Below are positions 60,649 to 64,000 of a stretch of DNA of 64,000 nt, in pieces. The stretch's first letter is position 1. Each line of letters starts with the position of its first letter. The notes under the pieces are model-generated. The model was not told the DNA's origin. It searched no databases and saw only the letters and a program-made list of their open reading frames with translations. The translations under genes and the position numbers were made by a program. This DNA is from Catajapyx aquilonaris. Lineage: Eukaryota. The stretch covers positions 1 to 64,000 of the forward strand of contig KZ538260.1 of assembly GCA_000934665.2 (NCBI GenBank), in the 5' to 3' direction.

Positions 60649-60860
60649 TAATATGTCCTCTACATACAGTATATATTTCATAATACTACTGTAATACCTG
60701 ATATCTGCTATATCACTAATATATTATTTTGCAAATTATATGCCGTTGTAATAATTGTGGACGACTTTAAGGTGTCATGAGGAGTGCCTGTTTTCAAAAG
60801 TAATGTACTTGTGAATCACTCATATTGGATCACCATGTTGATTAAAATAGTATTGCCAAA

Positions 60861-60862
<2 letters not shown>

Positions 60863-60923
<61 letters not shown>
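60863..60923. repeat. (TTA)n microsatellite
   Basis: Direct observation. Confidence 0.95.
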
Positions 60924-62438
60924 GTAAGTAAATCATGGGGGTTTATCATCAAAACAGGAGAGATATTTTAAGTTGAAATAGGTTACTCTGTACATACTAC
61001 TCAGATGATCACGTGTATTATCCATATAGGCTTTATATCGCAGGGTATATCGACCTAGAATAACAGAATGAACCGAAAATACCAATTGGTTGGTGAAACC
61101 TTTCACCAGAGAAAAGATTCCCCAACGAACAGTTGAGAACATTGTTTTGCACGGATAATTACCACACGAGTGAAATGGCATTGAAATTCTTGAGGAGACT
61201 GGAATTTTAGGATCTCTGAAGTGCTCATTACCCACGGGTAAGATTAGTGTTCATGGGCATGGATTTAGATGGTAGCCAACATTCCGTAGTCTTGTTTTCT
61301 CAGTTGCATCACATTGGTATCATTCTTACACTCTTTAATAGTTGTAATCAATGGTTATATAAGTTAACGCTAGTGCAATTAAAAATTAATAAACCTAATA
61401 ACTTCGCGCCATCAATTCCTACATACGTAAATGGTTCACATTCACTGAACCATTAATATAAAAATGCTAAGGCATTTATTATAGTGTGATTTTCCAACAA
61501 GAGATAACCTGTATTCTTTCTGCGTGTGCGACTCGCTCTAAAACTTGCAGTTGTAGGCCGGGTAATCTTCATTAAAACATAGACGGGTTGTGTGTTGTGT
61601 CGCTGTCTCACACACATTGTATACAAGTTCCATTTATTGTTTCTACGATATGTTATAGCTGATAACGTGGTGTAACTTACGGCATAAAAAGTTTCAACAA
61701 AAATACAGTAAAGAAAGTATCTTTAGGCTAACAACAATCAATGGAAGATTTATTTTCACAATATCAGGGAAGATGGTCAGCCCACAAGAAGCAAGGACAA
61801 GTAATCAGTACCCGCGATCACGATGTTAATAAACAGGACTACCAGTACCTCACATGAAAAATATACCGTAATGCAGGAATTTTTGGCTGTTATAGGTAAC
61901 TTCCTGAAGAAGGGAGTAAAGTCGAGTTTGTAACTAGCGCATAATCTTAGTAAAATCATAATAAAAAGTTTGGGCCTCATTGTACCCTTGAGAAGCCATC
62001 CTATATGGGGAACGTATTACAACTTGCGCAATTTCTCCTCACCGATAGTGACAAGTGAAGTACTGTACTTTTTACTGCATGCGCGGTGTAATAAACGAGG
62101 GTATAAGGAATTTTATGTGGCCATGAAGAAGAGTATACTACTACGTATTAGCGTGGCCATGTGAAATTCCGTTATCGATTATACCCGATTGAAATGTAAG
62201 AAATATCCGCTTCCTGGTAATGCAACCCACAACCACTAATAGCTTACCAATTGAGTTATACAGTATAATCATGTAAAAAAAGGTGTCCGCTTAGCGGAAT
62301 ATTCCCGATTATTATCATCGAACATATTGCTGCATCAAGCTTTTATAATGACTCACCTCCCAACCAAAAATAACTTACACTATTTTGGTCTTACAGTACA
62401 GGCCAAGTAATACACATAATATTGACAGTAACTCATGT

Positions 62439-63413
62439 GGATTATCCCGGTCCCGGGTCTAATACCTACGGAAGAAATACGGACGGGATAAAATACCGAC
62501 GGGAAAAAAGTGGAAAGGTCAAAATAACGACACCGGGAAAAGACCTAAATTGAAAATACTGACAGGAGGGAAAAACCTAATAAAAATATGACCGACCAAG
62601 CAGAAATATTGGGAGAAAAAAACCGACAAGGGAAAAATTTATAACTAATGAAAGTAATATCGAAATTTACGGAATTACGAAATAAAAATTTAAAGACAAA
62701 GTAGTACAACCGGATAAAACAGATTCCGGGAAGAATATATGTATTGGGGCGGTATGAAGAAATGACTCAGTTAGTAGATGAAATATATATAGGAAGAAGA
62801 AGGCGAAATTACAAAGAAGAGAAAGATGGATTAAGGCGCATATAACAATATCAAGGCAACCCGTTCGAATGACGGGATAATATGGGGAAGAATTGTAGCA
62901 AGGAAATAGAAAATAAACCAGGGTACAGGAGTAGGGTTGGAAAAAAAGCTGATTGGGTAGGAGAAAAAGGTGTCAGTCGTAAAAAAGGAAAGACGGGGAG
63001 AGGTGCAGGGATATGGATACTCATATATGACGGATTTACTTGAAACAAGGTAGAAAGGATTTTAATATAAGTGTTTTATAAAAGGTAAAGAGAACTTTGA
63101 TTTTTAGCATGGAAGATGCCAAAGTACGTATGGTACGGTCGCAGTGAAAATTATAATTATAGGGATTATAGTGGGGTCGAACAATAGAGATAGTAGGTAT
63201 TGCAGATGTATAATGAATAAGACCAAGATAAGACCAAGATGTATTTATGCGATGTTGTAATAAAGGTTGCAAAGGTGTTAAGGGCAACGAGACGTTAGTG
63301 TGTGTAGTTATTAAGGAGATGTCGGGGATGTATATTTTCGGTAATAAAGCTGTCGGAAATTTTTTCCGTCTGTATTATGTCTTTCGGTATTACGTACCAG
63401 GCCCGGTTTATCC
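62439..63413. mobile_element. Old DNA element (MULE-like?) with AATACCGAC-type subterminal repeats
   Basis: Diverged inverted ends GGATTATCCCGGTCC..TAATACC / GGTATTA..GGCCCGGTTTATCC; no TSD recovered. Confidence 0.45.
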
Positions 63414-64000
63414 ACCACCCCTTCATTTCTCCACCTATTGAAGGGTTTTCTGGGTATTCACATGGGTATTCTCATATAAAATAATACTCCGTTTCTTCCC
63501 TCTCTCCAAAAAGCCCTACATCCGTGTTCTTCTCTCCCATTACTCGTGGCCTTAGTGACCTCCAATAAAATCTCCCTCAATTAACCAAACCAAAACCCAC
63601 TTCGCCTCTCCCCTCCCTTTCCTGTTTGATGCAACATGCTTATTGTATAAAAAGTAGTAGAATATGCACTGTTTGTAGCGCTTAAAGATTTTTGAAACCA
63701 GGCTGTTGATAATTAAGCAGTTATTTTTCTATAATTAAATCTACAGCAGTTGTCAAAATATTTTCTTCAAGTGTTAATACTGAAACCTCTATGAGAAAAA
63801 TGTTGAAGAGAAACATTCATTGATGAGACCCTCAATTGCGATAAATTTAAATAAAGACATTTCTAGTGACCCCTTATTTTGACCCATGGGCACCTGAGGT
63901 TGACCCATTTCCACAGCCTAGACCTTTCTGCATTAGCGAAAAAATATGCATCCTTTAGGCACAATAACATCAGGTAATAAGTTACAGTATATATTAATAA

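Overview
Eukaryotic arthropod genomic DNA (crustacean-like, inferred from the pro-resilin-type cuticle genes); not prokaryotic, and no rRNA, CRISPR array or clearly functional tRNA was seen. The window has two contrasting halves. Bases 1 to ~33 kb hold one spliced plus-strand C2H2 zinc-finger gene (6 coding exons, ~491 aa, 7 fingers, N-terminal coiled-coil-like segment, PxVxL motif). It is buried in a dense nest of non-autonomous transposons: Tc1/mariner/pogo-, hAT-, Harbinger-, ISL2EU-, Chapaev3- and Kolobok-like MITEs and foldbacks, a Helitron, a 5'-truncated LINE, tRNA-derived SINEs and an (AACC)n-tailed retroposon. Bases ~33-64 kb have far fewer recognisable repeats and hold three R&R chitin-binding cuticular protein genes: two pro-resilin-like proteins and a ~938-aa modular His/Gly-rich protein. 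Gene models and element boundaries were derived by eye from splice sites, reading-frame phase, TIRs and TSDs. Superfamily names rest on terminal and TSD signatures only; no database search was run.
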